Of a stretch of 59,921 nt of DNA, positions 46,511-56,384 are shown one piece after another (the stretch's first letter is position 1; each line of letters starts with the position of its first letter). Location: IMG/VR virus record IMGVR_UViG_3300047386_000320, positions 1 to 59,921 of that record; one strand, 5' to 3'. The position numbers were made by a program, and so were the translations under genes. The DNA is from a virus. Lineage: Duplodnaviria; Caudoviricetes. The notes under the pieces are model-generated. The model had not been told where the DNA came from and ran no database searches. It saw only the letters and a program-made list of their open reading frames with translations.

Positions 46511-49500
46511 GTGGACGAAACCCTAGAGGCATTCTACGCCGCTAACCTAGACGGATCAGCTGCTCAAGATAGCTCTGTTGAAGTTGATGACTCTGACCCT
46601 ACTATGGGTGAGGCATTTCAACAGGGCATGGAGGCTGGTGCTGCAGGCGTTTCTTCATCACTTGATTACTTTCAGGCACTGGCTGGGACACTAGTCGGTA
46701 ACGAGGAGTACGCCCAGGAGAAAGTCGAAGACGCAAGGGCTCGTGAAAGTAGGGCGGCTCTGGCGGTAGGTAATCTCGAGACCTTTGGCGAGGCTGTAGA
46801 CAACCCATCAATAACCGGTGCGTTTGCTCAGATAGCTAAGCTCGGCGGTATGGGTGTTCCCTCTCTTATTTCTAGCATCGCAACACTTGGTATTGGTGGG
46901 GCTATAGGTCGAGGTGTAGGTGGTCACGCTGCTAAGAAGATTGTTAGAGAATCAATGGAGAAAGTGGCAAAAGGTGAAGCCACTCCTGATGAAACTGACA
47001 TCGCACAACTAGCATTCCAGATAGCTAAAAAGAAACGTGTGGGGACTAAGGTCGGTGCTTACGCTGGTGCTACCACATCGGAATATCCAATGATGGCCGG
47101 TGAGAACTTTGGTGAAGCACTCGGTGCTGGCCAAGAGATGAACCAAGCAACTGCACTGCGCTCAGCTGCAGTTGCTATACCCCAGACAGCTGTGGGCGTA
47201 GGTACAGAAGCAGCCCTCCTTAAAATGATTGGTAAGCAAGCTGCGAAGAAAGCACCAAGCAGCGACTCAATTTTAGGGCAGCTAGCAAAGAATATTGGTA
47301 GCACAGGCGGTAAAGGTTTCCTAATGGAAGGTACGTCTGAGTATCTTCAGTCTGAGATGGCCATACAGAATAGAAAGAGCTACGACGAGACTTACTCTGA
47401 TGAAGAGGCAATGCTTCGTCGAGCAGAGTCATTTATTGCAGGCGGTATTATCGGCGGCGGTGCTGGTGGAGTGGGTGGCGTCCTCGCTACAGGTGCTCAG
47501 AACTTAGGCACTGCTAAAGAGAAAACCCAGAGAATTATGGATAAGGCTCGCGACTATGTAGATAAAGGTCGAGAGCAGAAGGTTAGTGACGATATTGATG
47601 CAGAGGAGAGCACAGCGTCTCCCACTGAACAGCCAGACTTATTTGATGACTTGGCGAGTCAAGCAGCAACGGACAACGAACCATCCACCACGGATGACGG
47701 GCCAACAGTACGCAACATGGATATACCTGTTGAAGTACAAGAAGCCTTTCAGAACGAGAATCAAGACGGGCAACAAGAGTTAGACCTTGGCCCTGAGACT
47801 GTTGAAGTAGCTACAGGTACACCTAAGAGTGATCCAAACCGAACCTTCGATAACACAACTGAAGCCAGAGAGAACTTCCAAGACCAGTTTGGTGAGATAA
47901 ATTGGAACGACCCATTCTACGCTGGCATGAATGAATCATTCCTCAACAATGTAGCTGACAGTCAGCGCAATAACCCCAATGTTGAAATCAACATTAAGCA
48001 AGATGAAGATGGCAAGTATGTAGCTACTTTTGAAGACAAGCCTGCTGACCCACTAGATGAAAGTAAAGATGGCGTAATCAGAACGCTGCTTGATGCCGCC
48101 GATTCTAAATTCAAGTCGGGTGCATTCCTTGTGACACCTGATGGCAAACGACGTCCCATGAATCTAGCTTCTTTAACCACTGCTGGTAAGAAGCTGCTAG
48201 CTAGTCGTGGTGATGACATCTATAGCGACGATGACCTAGAAGGCGCAAGACGAGGACTAAGCACGTTCCTCGGTGACATGATGCTGGCCGATACAGGGTA
48301 TGACATCGAGATAGGTGGCAAATCTATCTTCGAGATTGATGCCGACAAACCACTACGTACTCAGATCGATGCTGAATACGTTATGGGCGCACGAATTGAT
48401 GATAGTGACGTAACACTCAATGAAGTGTTACAGCCTGAACAAGACACGGTAAAGCCAGTTGAGTACACCGTAGAGGGTACTGAGCGTGGTGGCTCACCTT
48501 TCAAGTTTAAGTTTAAAGATCGACAAGAGGCGTTGAACGCAGCAGCTGAAGCCAGGGCACGTGGCGCGACTGTTGATATTAAAAAGTCTAGAGAATATAA
48601 CGACCCAACCTTTAATGAAGATGACACAGTAGAAGGTGAGCTTGGTAGTGTCGATGAAGGCACAAGAATGCGTGAGCAAGATATCTTCGATGAAGATGGT
48701 CAGCCAATACCTAAGACTCGACTAAACATCGAGGACAACCCTAAGAGTCAGAACCGATCTCGTGGCCGCAACAACCGTGAGACCAACACTCGACGCAAGG
48801 CTACATTCTTACCTGTTAACTACCCAACCGGCTCACTAGGTAAAATTGCCGATCAGGTGATCGCACAAGTAAACCGCGTACTGAAGTTTAAGAAGTCGGT
48901 GACTGCACTAGGCGTGAAAGAACTTGATGGTATGACCGAGCAGCAGATCAAAGAGATGTTCGGAGATGCCAGGGTCGGCGCGCTTGTTTACGAGCAGTAT
49001 CAGCAGCTAAAAAATAATCCTAACGCTATGGGTAGATATATTAGCTTTGCTAATTCACACCTAATCATCGTCGATAACTCGAAGGGTAATGACCTACAAA
49101 CAGCACTGGTTGCAGCGCATGAACTAGGTCACGCGCTATTCAATGAGGAGATGGACAACTCGTTAGAGCGCAACGCTGTTCGACGCAAGATGTTAGAAGC
49201 GTACGACAAGTCTGACGCTAAGAAAGATGGCTTGGACTTCGAGGAGTGGTTTGCTGATCAGACTGCTATCTGGGCAAAGGCTCTGTTCTTCAAAGAGAAG
49301 AAGGCAGCTGCCGGTATTGTGCAGCGTGTATTCAAACAACTCGCTGAGAAGATGCTGAAGTTGTGGAAAGCTGTTACTCCATCACTACAACGTCGCTTCG
49401 CAAAAGAACGTCGCTCAGACGCCTTCACAGACTTTATCGACAACACCGTAGCAGCATCACGTGAGAACCGATCTCTTGATGAAGCAGCGGGCGTGTCTGA

Positions 49501-51526
49501 TATCTCGTTTGATCAGAAAGCACTAATCAGAGAGATGGAAGCGGGTACAGATGCAAGAGCTCAAAACGCTGTTAAGAACCTAATCAAACAGCTTAGTAAG
49601 CTATTTGACAACGCTCCCGGGCACACGTTCCTGAAGATCATTCTTGCAGAAGACAATATGCTTCGTGGTATTAGCGAGAAGGTTGCTGACATGTTCTATG
49701 TGCAATCTAATACAACGGGCAAAGTAGGTTTCATCAAATCAAAAGATCACGTTCGCGGCCTATTCTTTAATGAACTTGAGGATATGTTGGGTGATAACTG
49801 GGATACCCCAGAGGTGAAAAAAGCCTTTGAAGAAGCGTCATCAGGGACACCTACATCAGAATTAAGTGGTAAAGCGTTGGAGATTAGACAGTTCTTAGAG
49901 CGCGTTCACGATAACTACATATCGAAAGTGCCAGGGAATGACATTGGCAAGCGCGATAACTACTTCCCTGTGGTACTCAACCTTGCAGCTATCTATGAGA
50001 ACCCACAGCCCTTTATTGACTTAATTCTGGCTGAAAAACCGCATCTACGACGAGCAGATGTTGAAAAGACTATAAATGGTTTGATTGCTAGACAGTCAGG
50101 CATCTTGAATGAAGAGATCGAGGTGACGGTAGATGCAACCGACCCTGTTAGCCACGTTGAGCAAGCTCGTATCCTTACGGACGGTATTGACCCAGCTAAG
50201 TTAAGAGAATTCAGTGAAGACCCTGAAATAGCGATCATGAAGTATCTGCGTCATGTGATAACGCGAACAGAATTTAAACGCTACACAACCGACGAGAATG
50301 GAAAAGACATCTTACAGGAGGAGCTAGATAAGCTGTCTCCACAAGATCGAAGAGACGCTGTCGCAACTATCGAGCGATATCTTGGATACACAGATAAGCC
50401 AATGAATCCTAAGCTGCAGAAACTACAAAGCTACATGCAGCTCTTTAACTGGATAACGCTACTGCCACTTGCAACTATCGGGTCGATTACCGAGATCGGT
50501 GGGGCGATTGTAAACACTAGAGAACTTAATGGTTTCCAAACAGCAATCGGCGCACTAAAACAGCGTCTTTGGACTGATCCAGAGCGCAGTAAGCAGCTGG
50601 CTCGTGACATTGGTGTAGCGTTTAGTACGGCTATGGGTAACTTAGGTCTTACCGATGCAGATGCTGAGTACCTCGATCCTAAAGTTCGTAAGTGGTCTGA
50701 CAAATTCTTCCAGAAGATTGGTCTTGATTGGTTTACTCGATTTACCCGTGAGTATGCTGCTGTTACAGGCGTAGACTTTTTAGTCGAGCATGCTGATCCA
50801 AAAACAGCGGGCAAGCGTTCTGAGCGATACCTTAGAGACCACGGTATTACTGCAGAGCAAGTCAATAAGTGGAAGGCGGCACAGCAAGACGGGAAGAACT
50901 ACACGTTTGAGGGGCCAGAAGGCGAGGCCATGAAAGCAGCGACCCAGCGTTTTGTAGAGAACTCCATGCTACGCCCTAATGCTGCAGAGCGACCCGCTTG
51001 GGCTAACGACCCACGTTACCAACTGATCTGGGCACTAAAGTCTTACTTGTACTCATTCGGTAAGGTCATCATTGGTGGGATCAAACGTGAGATGGGTAAA
51101 CGCCTAGACGAGGGTGGGACACAAGCTGATCAGCTTACAGCTATTGGTGTTACCAGCATCATGGCGTTAGGCGCATTCATGCCACTAGCTATGCTATCTC
51201 TTGAACTAAGAGAGCTTTCTAAAGTTGCAATCGCTGGTGTGCTCCCAGGTGTAGAGCCTAATGGTCGCTACTTCCGATCAGACCGCATGAGCTATGGCGA
51301 ATACTTCGGCGAAATATTTGATAGAGCTGGTTATATGGGCCCGCTCAGCATCATCGGCATGATGTTTAAATCACAAGAGTGGGGACAGACTGGTGCAGGC
51401 GCAATCTTTGGCCCAACTGCTGGTTTCCTAGTAGATGACATTGGTATGGGGCTATATCGAGGTGAGAGCTTCTTTAAAGACATCGTACCGTCGCGAGTCA
51501 TCCCCGGATACAACATTGTTTTATAG
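46511..51526 (+). CDS. Large ejection protein with zincin-like metallopeptidase motif
   Basis: 1671 aa; Gly/Ala-rich membrane-inserting N-region; AAHELGH...FEEWFAD; amphipathic C-terminus. Confidence 0.7.
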   Translation: MDETLEAFYAANLDGSAAQDSSVEVDDSDPTMGEAFQQGMEAGAAGVSSSLDYFQALAGTLVGNEEYAQEKVEDARARESRAALAVGNLETFGEAVDNPSITGAFAQIAKLGGMGVPSLISSIATLGIGGAIGRGVGGHAAKKIVRESMEKVAKGEATPDETDIAQLAFQIAKKKRVGTKVGAYAGATTSEYPMMAGENFGEALGAGQEMNQATALRSAAVAIPQTAVGVGTEAALLKMIGKQAAKKAPSSDSILGQLAKNIGSTGGKGFLMEGTSEYLQSEMAIQNRKSYDETYSDEEAMLRRAESFIAGGIIGGGAGGVGGVLATGAQNLGTAKEKTQRIMDKARDYVDKGREQKVSDDIDAEESTASPTEQPDLFDDLASQAATDNEPSTTDDGPTVRNMDIPVEVQEAFQNENQDGQQELDLGPETVEVATGTPKSDPNRTFDNTTEARENFQDQFGEINWNDPFYAGMNESFLNNVADSQRNNPNVEINIKQDEDGKYVATFEDKPADPLDESKDGVIRTLLDAADSKFKSGAFLVTPDGKRRPMNLASLTTAGKKLLASRGDDIYSDDDLEGARRGLSTFLGDMMLADTGYDIEIGGKSIFEIDADKPLRTQIDAEYVMGARIDDSDVTLNEVLQPEQDTVKPVEYTVEGTERGGSPFKFKFKDRQEALNAAAEARARGATVDIKKSREYNDPTFNEDDTVEGELGSVDEGTRMREQDIFDEDGQPIPKTRLNIEDNPKSQNRSRGRNNRETNTRRKATFLPVNYPTGSLGKIADQVIAQVNRVLKFKKSVTALGVKELDGMTEQQIKEMFGDARVGALVYEQYQQLKNNPNAMGRYISFANSHLIIVDNSKGNDLQTALVAAHELGHALFNEEMDNSLERNAVRRKMLEAYDKSDAKKDGLDFEEWFADQTAIWAKALFFKEKKAAAGIVQRVFKQLAEKMLKLWKAVTPSLQRRFAKERRSDAFTDFIDNTVAASRENRSLDEAAGVSDISFDQKALIREMEAGTDARAQNAVKNLIKQLSKLFDNAPGHTFLKIILAEDNMLRGISEKVADMFYVQSNTTGKVGFIKSKDHVRGLFFNELEDMLGDNWDTPEVKKAFEEASSGTPTSELSGKALEIRQFLERVHDNYISKVPGNDIGKRDNYFPVVLNLAAIYENPQPFIDLILAEKPHLRRADVEKTINGLIARQSGILNEEIEVTVDATDPVSHVEQARILTDGIDPAKLREFSEDPEIAIMKYLRHVITRTEFKRYTTDENGKDILQEELDKLSPQDRRDAVATIERYLGYTDKPMNPKLQKLQSYMQLFNWITLLPLATIGSITEIGGAIVNTRELNGFQTAIGALKQRLWTDPERSKQLARDIGVAFSTAMGNLGLTDADAEYLDPKVRKWSDKFFQKIGLDWFTRFTREYAAVTGVDFLVEHADPKTAGKRSERYLRDHGITAEQVNKWKAAQQDGKNYTFEGPEGEAMKAATQRFVENSMLRPNAAERPAWANDPRYQLIWALKSYLYSFGKVIIGGIKREMGKRLDEGGTQADQLTAIGVTSIMALGAFMPLAMLSLELRELSKVAIAGVLPGVEPNGRYFRSDRMSYGEYFGEIFDRAGYMGPLSIIGMMFKSQEWGQTGAGAIFGPTAGFLVDDIGMGLYRGESFFKDIVPSRVIPGYNIVL

Positions 51527-51535
51527 GAGATAACT

Positions 51536-51910
51536 ATGAGCTTATTTAATTTTATTGGGCCGATTGCAGATTTAGCCGGTGGCTTCTTAAAGAACAAAGC
51601 AGAAGAGAAGAAGGCCTTACATGATCGCAAGATGGAAGTAATTAAGAACGACGCTGACTGGGAAACAAAGATGGCAGAAGCATCAGGAAGCTCGTGGAAA
51701 GACGAATTTTGGACTATAATATTAGCTGTACCAATATTTATGGTCGGATACGCGATAGCTATGAATGACATGACAGTAGTGGATCGAGTCAAAGAGTCGT
51801 TCGCTGCGCTATCCGAATTACCGGAGTGGTATCAGTACCTACTCTTTATCGCAATCTCCAGCAGCTTTGGCATCAAAGGCGTTGGGAAACTAATGAGTTT
51901 ACGAAAATGA
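51536..51910 (+). CDS. Holin (3TM type)
   Basis: SWKDEFWTIIL...LPEWYQYLLFIAISSSFG. Confidence 0.75.
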   Translation: MSLFNFIGPIADLAGGFLKNKAEEKKALHDRKMEVIKNDADWETKMAEASGSSWKDEFWTIILAVPIFMVGYAIAMNDMTVVDRVKESFAALSELPEWYQYLLFIAISSSFGIKGVGKLMSLRK

Positions 51911-52188
51911 GTGATCCACAAGTTACAGGTCGTTTAGATCGACTAGAAACGAAGATAGACAAGATTAGTGAAGTTCTAACCAGTCTTGCTCGAGTTGAAG
52001 AACAGATAAATGGTCAGAACGCCCGTCTGAAAAGGCACGAATGGCGTCTTGATGAGAACGAGAAAAAGATTGAAGAGACAGCAGAAGTGGTAGCCCAGAA
52101 CGCGGCTACTGCAAAGACAGCTGAAAAGATCTTCTTCTCGATATGGGCGGGCTTTGTAGCCTATGTAACTTGGTTATTTAAAGGATAG
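51907..52188 (+). CDS. Coiled-coil protein with C-terminal TM (lysis-associated)
   Basis: RLDRLETKIDKI...LARVEE; C-terminal hydrophobic helix; ATGA overlap with the holin. Confidence 0.65.
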   Translation: MSDPQVTGRLDRLETKIDKISEVLTSLARVEEQINGQNARLKRHEWRLDENEKKIEETAEVVAQNAATAKTAEKIFFSIWAGFVAYVTWLFKG

Positions 52189-52190
52189 AC

Positions 52191-52538
52191 ATGTTTAAGT
52201 ATTTCAAAATAGAGGATTTTGATTGCCAAGAAACTGGCAACAATCGTATGTCCGAAGACTTCATTCACAAACTCGATCAACTGAGAGAAGCGTGTGGATT
52301 TCCCTTCATTGTTACGAGCGGGTACAGAGACCCAGAAGGCCACCCAATAGAGAAACGAAAGTCAAAACCCGGCACTCATGCACAGGGTATCGCCGCTGAC
52401 ATACGGGTATCTGGCGGGGCACAACGTCGTTTGATTGTAGAGAAGGCTCTTGAAATGGGGTTCGGTGGCGTTGGTATTGCCAAGACATTTGTGCATGTGG
52501 ACATTCGAGAAACAACACCAGTTATGTGGTGCTATTAA
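52191..52538 (+). CDS. Peptidase M15 endolysin
   Basis: F..EDFDC, VTSGYR, THAQGIAADI, FVHVD. Confidence 0.9.
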   Translation: MFKYFKIEDFDCQETGNNRMSEDFIHKLDQLREACGFPFIVTSGYRDPEGHPIEKRKSKPGTHAQGIAADIRVSGGAQRRLIVEKALEMGFGGVGIAKTFVHVDIRETTPVMWCY

Positions 52539-52547
52539 ATTTAAAAT

Positions 52548-52566
52548 ATATTAGTATAGCTAATAT
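52548..52566. promoter_or_regulatory. Perfect operator copy ATATTAG-TATAG-CTAATAT
   Basis: Intergenic, upstream of the second fibre module. Confidence 0.8.
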
Positions 52567-52584
52567 AAATAAAAGGTAGATGAT

Positions 52585-52959
52585 ATGGCTTATTCAGACA
52601 CGCTGAATTTAGTGACGGGCGATACGCTACCCGAGCTAACTTTCTCGCTAAAAGACAGCAATTCAGCAGCGACGGGTAAACGCTTAGACCCAAACAACAG
52701 CGACACGTGGGCCCCAATTGATGTTAGAGACGCAACTGTAACGCTGCGTATTCGAAAACTTGGCTCTACTAATGTTAAGGCAGCGCTGGTGTGTTCTCTC
52801 ATCGATCCACAGAACGGAAAGGTAGCAACCGATTTCCCAGAAGGGACACTAAATGAAGCGGGAATCTTCGAGGGTGAACTCGAGATTGCATTCTCTGGTG
52901 GGGGCAAACAAACCGTAAACGATCTGATTAAGTTTAAGGTTAGGAGCGACTTTGACTAA
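52585..52959 (+). CDS. BppU-N-like Ig-fold structural protein
   Basis: LVTGDTLP...IDV..ATV...GIFEGELEI.F..G.QT. Confidence 0.65.
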   Translation: MAYSDTLNLVTGDTLPELTFSLKDSNSAATGKRLDPNNSDTWAPIDVRDATVTLRIRKLGSTNVKAALVCSLIDPQNGKVATDFPEGTLNEAGIFEGELEIAFSGGGKQTVNDLIKFKVRSDFD

Positions 52960-54182
52960 TGGTTGCCTATCGAGTTGTCGTCGCCAAGCCGAGGTATATA
53001 CGGGCTGTTGTCAGCAGCTCGGAGATTAAGCTTGCCAACGTAAAACTCACAAACGTATCTGTATCAGTGTCGCGTCCTAGCTTTGGGACAACGATCACAC
53101 TACCGAAGTATCAAACAACAGTCTCTGCCAGGGCCCTGGAGGTGCTTGCCTCTTTTGTTAAGGCAGAGGCGGGCGTCACATTTAGGAACGCTAGTTTTGC
53201 CGATCTGTACCTCGATGCCGAATCAATCAACCAACGATTCCGCGATACCGAGGTTTCATTCAACGAAGACACCTTATTTACCCTTCACAAGATCCTTTCT
53301 GAGCAAGTTGCCTTTGAGGAATTAGCTACCTTCGTATTTGGCAAAAACACGGCTGACAGCTTCTCTTTCCAAGAGACTGTTGATGTCTTGTTAGATCTTG
53401 GCGTCCCACTGTCCGATGGTTTAGGACTCCAAGACGTTACAACGCTACACACCACAAAAGTCGTATCTGATGGGTTCACCCTCGATGACTTGGTAGATAG
53501 TGAGCTGTTCTTCTTGCACGAGAAGGGCAACATATTTGGTGTATCGGACACCACAGCATTCTCGCTAACCAGACCCCTATCTGAGTCTATTGCTCTAGGT
53601 GATGCAGCAACTTTTGCCTTAGCGAAGATAGAGTCGGAAGGCATCACTATTAACGAGCAGACACTATTTAGTCTGGCTAAACCTGTGGGCGACAGCATTG
53701 GAGTAAGTGACTCCAACATCTACTCAATAACCAAGCCCGTCAGTGACTCTAGTGGTGTAACAGAGAGAAACGCATTTCATATATCGAAGCCGGTATCTGA
53801 CCCAGTATCTGTATCCGAGCACACTGCGTTTTCGCTAAGTAAGCCAGCGAGCGAGTCGATTGGCGTCAGTGACTCCAGCCGTTTTGGGCTAACCAGACCG
53901 GCATCGGACTCTTTTGACTTTACTCATGCACAGGTCGTTAACGTCACGAAAGTAGTTAGTGACGCTTTTACCTTGGACGACGGATCAGTAGCCCCGTTCC
54001 TTATAGAACAGACCAAGGGCAACGTAGTTGGGCTAACGGACAGCCATTCTTTTTCAATCTCTAAGGTCGCCTCAGATGCCGTGTCGTTTACCGAAGACGT
54101 AGACGTTACTCACATTCCAGGCGACACCACTTCTTCTGTGCTCAACACGTCGCTGTTGAACACATTTACTTTGAACCAATAG
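52959..54182 (+). CDS. Fibre shaft protein with 18-aa repeats
   Basis: Consecutive (L/I)xKP(V/A)S(D/E)SxGVS(D/E)xxxFx units. Confidence 0.65.
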   Translation: MVAYRVVVAKPRYIRAVVSSSEIKLANVKLTNVSVSVSRPSFGTTITLPKYQTTVSARALEVLASFVKAEAGVTFRNASFADLYLDAESINQRFRDTEVSFNEDTLFTLHKILSEQVAFEELATFVFGKNTADSFSFQETVDVLLDLGVPLSDGLGLQDVTTLHTTKVVSDGFTLDDLVDSELFFLHEKGNIFGVSDTTAFSLTRPLSESIALGDAATFALAKIESEGITINEQTLFSLAKPVGDSIGVSDSNIYSITKPVSDSSGVTERNAFHISKPVSDPVSVSEHTAFSLSKPASESIGVSDSSRFGLTRPASDSFDFTHAQVVNVTKVVSDAFTLDDGSVAPFLIEQTKGNVVGLTDSHSFSISKVASDAVSFTEDVDVTHIPGDTTSSVLNTSLLNTFTLNQ

Positions 54183-54191
54183 GAGCACTTC

Positions 54192-54611
54192 ATGAAAGAC
54201 ACACTTAAATTAAAGGGAGCACTCACCGTCAGGTTGAATGGTGCTGTCGTACAAGAGATCCCTAACCTTGTTGTAAACACAGGTAAGTCATTTGTAGCTA
54301 GCCGCATGGTTGGTACTGACGATGCCGTAATGGGTTTTATGGCTATCGGTACTGGTACGCTTGGTACTGACCCCACGGACACAACTGTCGCACAGGTAGG
54401 CAGAGTATCTTGCTCTACCTCTAGATCAGGTGCAGCAATCACTTATGAAGCCACGTTTGGGCCTAGTGATGGAGACGGAATTATTTCTGAAGCAGGCGTA
54501 TTTAACGACGCTTCTGCTGGAACGATGCTGTGTCGCACAAAATTTACCAATTCAGTCGGTAAAACTGATCAGGACAGCATGACTATTACTTGGACAGTGA
54601 CCGTTAGCTAA
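54192..54611 (+). CDS. Fibre junction / tail-collar-like protein
   Basis: NLVVNTGK...MAIGTG...ISEAGVFN...GTMLCR...ITWTV. Confidence 0.6.
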   Translation: MKDTLKLKGALTVRLNGAVVQEIPNLVVNTGKSFVASRMVGTDDAVMGFMAIGTGTLGTDPTDTTVAQVGRVSCSTSRSGAAITYEATFGPSDGDGIISEAGVFNDASAGTMLCRTKFTNSVGKTDQDSMTITWTVTVS

Positions 54612-54626
54612 GGGGACTGAATACTC

Positions 54627-55565
54627 ATGGCAGTATTTAAGAACAATGCAAGCACTACGCTGACCGCAGCCCTGGCGGCCTCGACTTCGCCTACCAGTAT
54701 GACAGTGGCTGACCATTCCATGTTTACTAACCCCAGTCCGGCGTATAACTCCGTGTATATGGTTACCATTGATAGTAGTGCGGGCATAGAAATTGTGACG
54801 GCCTATGGCTTTCCTATGCCAAACACCATTCAGATATATAGGGCCTCGGAAGGGACAAGCGCTTTAGCCCACCCTGTTGGGGCTAAGGTGGAGATTCGTA
54901 TTACCGCTGGGGTGCTAAACGACATACAGGATAGGATGCTTCCTGTTGCCTTAACGACTAATGAAGGACGTCGGGTTGATATCTTCACAGAAAATAACGC
55001 TGGTCTGGCAGAACTGCGCGTGTGTGGGTCTACCAATGGCATGCAATCGTCTGGTCAAATATTTGTAGGGCAGAGCCCTACGTATGGTGGCGGTTTAGAT
55101 TACAACGGTGACAACTCTCCTACCACGGTTGGTGCTGGTAATGACAAAGTTACTCTGTTTCGAATGTGGAATGGGGCTAAATACTGGACTGCAAGAAACA
55201 GCGCTAACACTAACAACTGGGAGTTTCGTGGAAACGTAACTGCGTATGCGTCTGACGAACGCCTTAAAGAAAATATTAAGGTTATTGAAGAGCCTCTTGA
55301 GAAAGTCAAAAAGCTCCGTGGTGTTACTTACGACTGGAAAGACAACGTAGAAGAGCTTGGCTTCTTACCTGCAGAGAAATCAGAAACAGGTGTAATAGCT
55401 CAAGATGTTGCTGCTGTTATAAAAGATGGCGTCAAACCCGCTCCGTTTGATGACAACTACTTAACAGTGCAGCACGAGAAGATTATCCCGTTGCTAATTG
55501 AAAGCATCAAAGAACTGTCAGCTGAAGTAGATAGGCTAAAGGCGAAGCTAGAGGATAAAGACTAA
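54627..55565 (+). CDS. Tail fibre with peptidase S74 intramolecular chaperone
   Basis: GNVTAYASDERLKENI...LRGVTYDW...GVIAQD...LLIESIKEL. Confidence 0.88.
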   Translation: MAVFKNNASTTLTAALAASTSPTSMTVADHSMFTNPSPAYNSVYMVTIDSSAGIEIVTAYGFPMPNTIQIYRASEGTSALAHPVGAKVEIRITAGVLNDIQDRMLPVALTTNEGRRVDIFTENNAGLAELRVCGSTNGMQSSGQIFVGQSPTYGGGLDYNGDNSPTTVGAGNDKVTLFRMWNGAKYWTARNSANTNNWEFRGNVTAYASDERLKENIKVIEEPLEKVKKLRGVTYDWKDNVEELGFLPAEKSETGVIAQDVAAVIKDGVKPAPFDDNYLTVQHEKIIPLLIESIKELSAEVDRLKAKLEDKD

Positions 55566-56149
55566 TGCCTCTTCAGAGTTCTGGCGCAATCTCAATGAAT
55601 GACATCCACATGGAACTGGGTGCAACTTCGGGAACAGCGGTGACTCTGAATGACACTGATGTGAGGGCGCTTGCTGAGAGAAATTCTGGTTCAATTTCAC
55701 TGTTTCATTTTTATGGGAAGTCCGCTGCCACGTGGACGCCAATTACAGGTGCGTTTGCTAATGCAGCCATAAATGGTGGCGGTACTACTTACTACAGTAG
55801 TGTTATGAAGGGTTGGTCTACCGAGTACTTTGTTTATGGATCTCCTGTTGAAACGGTCGTTAGTTTATCAGACAGCACAAATCGTCAGATAAAAACAATT
55901 TACGGTACTTACTACACTAATACAGGCCTGTATGCGGTTTACATGTCCATGTTCGGGGCTGGCAATAATTCAGGCTTTAACTCAATAAATATATTGAAAC
56001 AAGACTCAGGGCAGTCTGTGAGCCTAAACCGAGTAGACGCCTCTTTCTCGAGCCAAAGTAATAGCCACTTCTGGAGTTGGACGAATCTAAATCTTGGCTT
56101 TCACCCATTTACAGATGATGGATCATTTACCGTTATAGGATTTTTCTAA
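55565..56149 (+). CDS. Distal fibre / adhesin-like tip protein
   Basis: MPLQSSGAISMNDIHMELG...ISL.HFYGKS N-terminus; aromatic beta-rich C-terminus. Confidence 0.65.
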   Translation: MPLQSSGAISMNDIHMELGATSGTAVTLNDTDVRALAERNSGSISLFHFYGKSAATWTPITGAFANAAINGGGTTYYSSVMKGWSTEYFVYGSPVETVVSLSDSTNRQIKTIYGTYYTNTGLYAVYMSMFGAGNNSGFNSINILKQDSGQSVSLNRVDASFSSQSNSHFWSWTNLNLGFHPFTDDGSFTVIGFF

Positions 56150-56328
56150 TGACAACATACTCAATCAGATATGAACGAAACGGCGTCATGTTCGCGGCTA
56201 GAACTACTCGCTTAGAAGGCGACGAATACTACTGTGAAGTGCCTATAAATGAAGGCATGACAGATGCAGAAATAGAAGCAGCACTAGATACAGTCTGGGC
56301 TGAGGCACAGTCTCAACCCGGCGAATAA
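56149..56328 (+). CDS. Small acidic protein (59 aa, not in ORF track)
   Basis: TAATG coupling; MTTYSIRYERNG...QPGE. Confidence 0.55.
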   Translation: MTTYSIRYERNGVMFAARTTRLEGDEYYCEVPINEGMTDAEIEAALDTVWAEAQSQPGE

Positions 56329-56339
56329 TTTATAGCAAT

Positions 56340-56358
56340 ATATTAGCTAGCCTAATAT
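56340..56358. promoter_or_regulatory. Perfect operator copy ATATTAG-CTAGC-CTAATAT
   Basis: Intergenic, upstream of the tail nozzle gene. Confidence 0.8.
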
Positions 56359-56384
56359 AATACCAGAACAACTGTGAGGCACAA

